Shown here piece after piece: positions 38,981 through 40,590 of a DNA stretch of 40,590 nt; within the stretch, counting starts at the first letter, position 1; every line of letters begins with the position of its first letter. The DNA lies in the NCBI GenBank assembly GCA_041577335.1, contig JBFGJH010000023.1, positions 1-40,590 of the forward strand, written 5' to 3'. The position numbers and the translations under genes were made by a program. The notes beneath the pieces were generated by a model. That model was not told the origin of the DNA. It worked only from the letters and a program-made list of their open reading frames with translations, and did not search any database. The DNA is from Acidimicrobiia bacterium. GTDB lineage: Bacteria; Actinomycetota; Acidimicrobiia; Spongiisociales; JAENVV01.

Positions 38981-40264
38981 ATGCAGGCGAACACATCGGG
39001 ATCTGGAAATGCGAGCGTAGAAGAGAGCATCCTCTCGGCGGAAATCGAGGCCGACGCGGTAGAGATGATCCAGGACTTGGTCAACATCCCAAGTCCGACC
39101 GGCTATGAGGCCGGGGTGTCGGAATACCTGGCCGGCCGATTCGAGGATCTGAGGCTGGACACCAGACTGCAGGAGGTCGAGACCGGGAGGTCAAACGTCA
39201 TCGGCACGTGGAAGGGTGGCGACGCCGATGAGAGCCTCATGTTCCTCGGCCACATGGATTACGCCCCGGGAATCGGCAAGCCGGAGGCGCAGTGGGTGGA
39301 TGAACGCTGGATCGCGGGGATCGGTGCGTCGAACATGAAGGCGGCGTTCCCCGCCTACTACCTGGCCACGCGGATGTTGATGGACGCCGGATTCCAACCG
39401 AAGGGTGATATTTACCTCGCCGGGGTTGTAGGTGAGATCGAGAGAGCACCCGTGGGAGAGCATCAGGGTGCGAGCTGTCGCGGTTCCGGGTATGGCGCTC
39501 GCTATCTGGCGAGCCACGGATACCTCCCGGATCTCGTTTTGAATGGAGAACCGACCGGCCTACGGGTCCAGATTGCGAACGGCGGCTACATGTTCATTCG
39601 CCTGACGACCCGGGGGGTCACTCAGCACGCGTCCTACCGGCAATTCGGTGTTGACGCGATCGAGAAGATGGAACGGGTAACGCCACAGATACGAAGGTGG
39701 GAAGAGGAATACCAGGCCCGCTTCAAACACGACCTGGTGGTACCTCGGGTCAACGTTGGGGCGATCGAGGGCGGTGTGCCGCAAAACCCGCCGCTCGTGG
39801 CGAATTTCTGCCACGCCTACGTCGACGTGATGCTGGTGCCGGGAACCAACGTTCTCGAGGTCAAACACGAGGTACAGAGATTGGTTCGACGCATCAACGA
39901 AATGGATCCGGATCTTGGCGTCGAGATGGAGATCTACATGACGAGTCGCGGTTACGAGATCCCGTACGACGCACCCATCGCCGAGGCGGCTCGGCGGGCG
40001 CATCGCACAGTCACGGGTGGAGATCCCGACGAACCGGAACCTTCACGATTCGGGGTGTCGAGTGACAACTGGGTTTTCTGCGAGTTCGGGGCCGAGGGCA
40101 TCACCTACGGGCCCGCAGGCAAGTCGAGGGTCTTGCCGGGCGAATACGCAGCCTACGACCCGGACTATGGCGAAGTCATCAACGTTGACGACCTGGTCAG
40201 ATGCTCGAAGACCTACGCGCTCACCGTGCTCGAACTGATGGGTGCTGCCGGCGCGAGCGGCTAG
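38981..40264 (+). CDS. M20/ArgE-DapE family hydrolase with non-canonical metal motifs
   Basis: IPSPTGYE, GHMD, GASNMK, GEIE, GEPT, G...HAS, NVGAIEGG, YGP; ATG 38981 after GGAGG. Confidence 0.85.
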   Translation: MQANTSGSGNASVEESILSAEIEADAVEMIQDLVNIPSPTGYEAGVSEYLAGRFEDLRLDTRLQEVETGRSNVIGTWKGGDADESLMFLGHMDYAPGIGKPEAQWVDERWIAGIGASNMKAAFPAYYLATRMLMDAGFQPKGDIYLAGVVGEIERAPVGEHQGASCRGSGYGARYLASHGYLPDLVLNGEPTGLRVQIANGGYMFIRLTTRGVTQHASYRQFGVDAIEKMERVTPQIRRWEEEYQARFKHDLVVPRVNVGAIEGGVPQNPPLVANFCHAYVDVMLVPGTNVLEVKHEVQRLVRRINEMDPDLGVEMEIYMTSRGYEIPYDAPIAEAARRAHRTVTGGDPDEPEPSRFGVSSDNWVFCEFGAEGITYGPAGKSRVLPGEYAAYDPDYGEVINVDDLVRCSKTYALTVLELMGAAGASG

Positions 40265-40523
40265 ACGTCCGCGCGAGGTAGTGCCAACCACGACCCGCCG
40301 CCAAGATCCGTTCGTCTGCGCCTTTCGATGAGGTTGTGAAAAGCGTCATCGGGCTAGGCACACATGCCCGGGTTGTGCGCAGCGAACGTATGGCGGCACT
40401 CGAGGTGCTCCGGCATCGAAATCGCGCCGGCCAGGAATGGGTTGGGCGAACACGATCGTCGTCTGCCCGGGTATCTTGCCTCCAATCCTAAGGAGCCCAC
40501 AGGGGCACGACCCGAGGAGCGCA

Positions 40524-40590
40524 ATGGCCACCGTGTCCCAGCCTCACCTCAGCCTCGACGACCTCCGGCGTTCGGTCGAGGCAGACGAGA
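40524..40590 (+). CDS. 5' end of a gene, possibly glutamine synthetase family (gamma-glutamyl ligase type)
   Basis: GAGGAG RBS then MATVSQPHLSLDDLRRSVEADE; resembles the N-terminus of actinobacterial GlnA4-like proteins. Only 22 codons visible. Confidence 0.4.
   Translation, partial: MATVSQPHLSLDDLRRSVEADE

Noticed and set aside
1..40590. CRISPR arrays, tRNA/rRNA, transposases, integrases, defence systems
   Set aside because: No regularly spaced repeats, RNA-gene signatures or recombinase/nuclease motifs were seen by manual reading.

Overview
High-GC bacterial DNA that looks actinobacterial (GC-rich codons, an F420-type DDN gene, apparent leaderless promoters; this is inference). It has two parts. 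Bases 1-15.7 kb are a mixed housekeeping and stress region: a secreted S8 protease, typA coupled to an F420-type nitroreductase, a DUF1624 membrane protein, an atypical GTP-PEPCK, a stand-alone RRM gene divergent from a DEAD-box helicase with a fused RRM, DUF1801, an interrupted SMI1/KNR4-like gene, and an OsmC/DUF4242/AraC module, plus several gene remnants. Bases 16.2-40.6 kb are a dense catabolic cluster in about five transcription units: a NitT/TauT (NMT1/THI5-type) ABC importer, three consecutive genes each encoding a three-domain Rid (YjgF) protein, an ACMSD-like amidohydrolase, an isochorismatase-family amidase, three luciferase-like (LLM) oxidoreductases, a cupin, an alpha/beta hydrolase, a three-subunit molybdenum hydroxylase, hydantoinase/oxoprolinase A and B, an SDR, a non-canonical M20 hydrolase and probably the start of a glutamine-synthetase-family gene. 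This cluster is the best candidate for an undescribed system, most plausibly degradation of an unknown N-heterocycle. I saw no rRNA, tRNA, CRISPR array or intact mobile element. All family calls come from reading motifs by eye; no database search was run.
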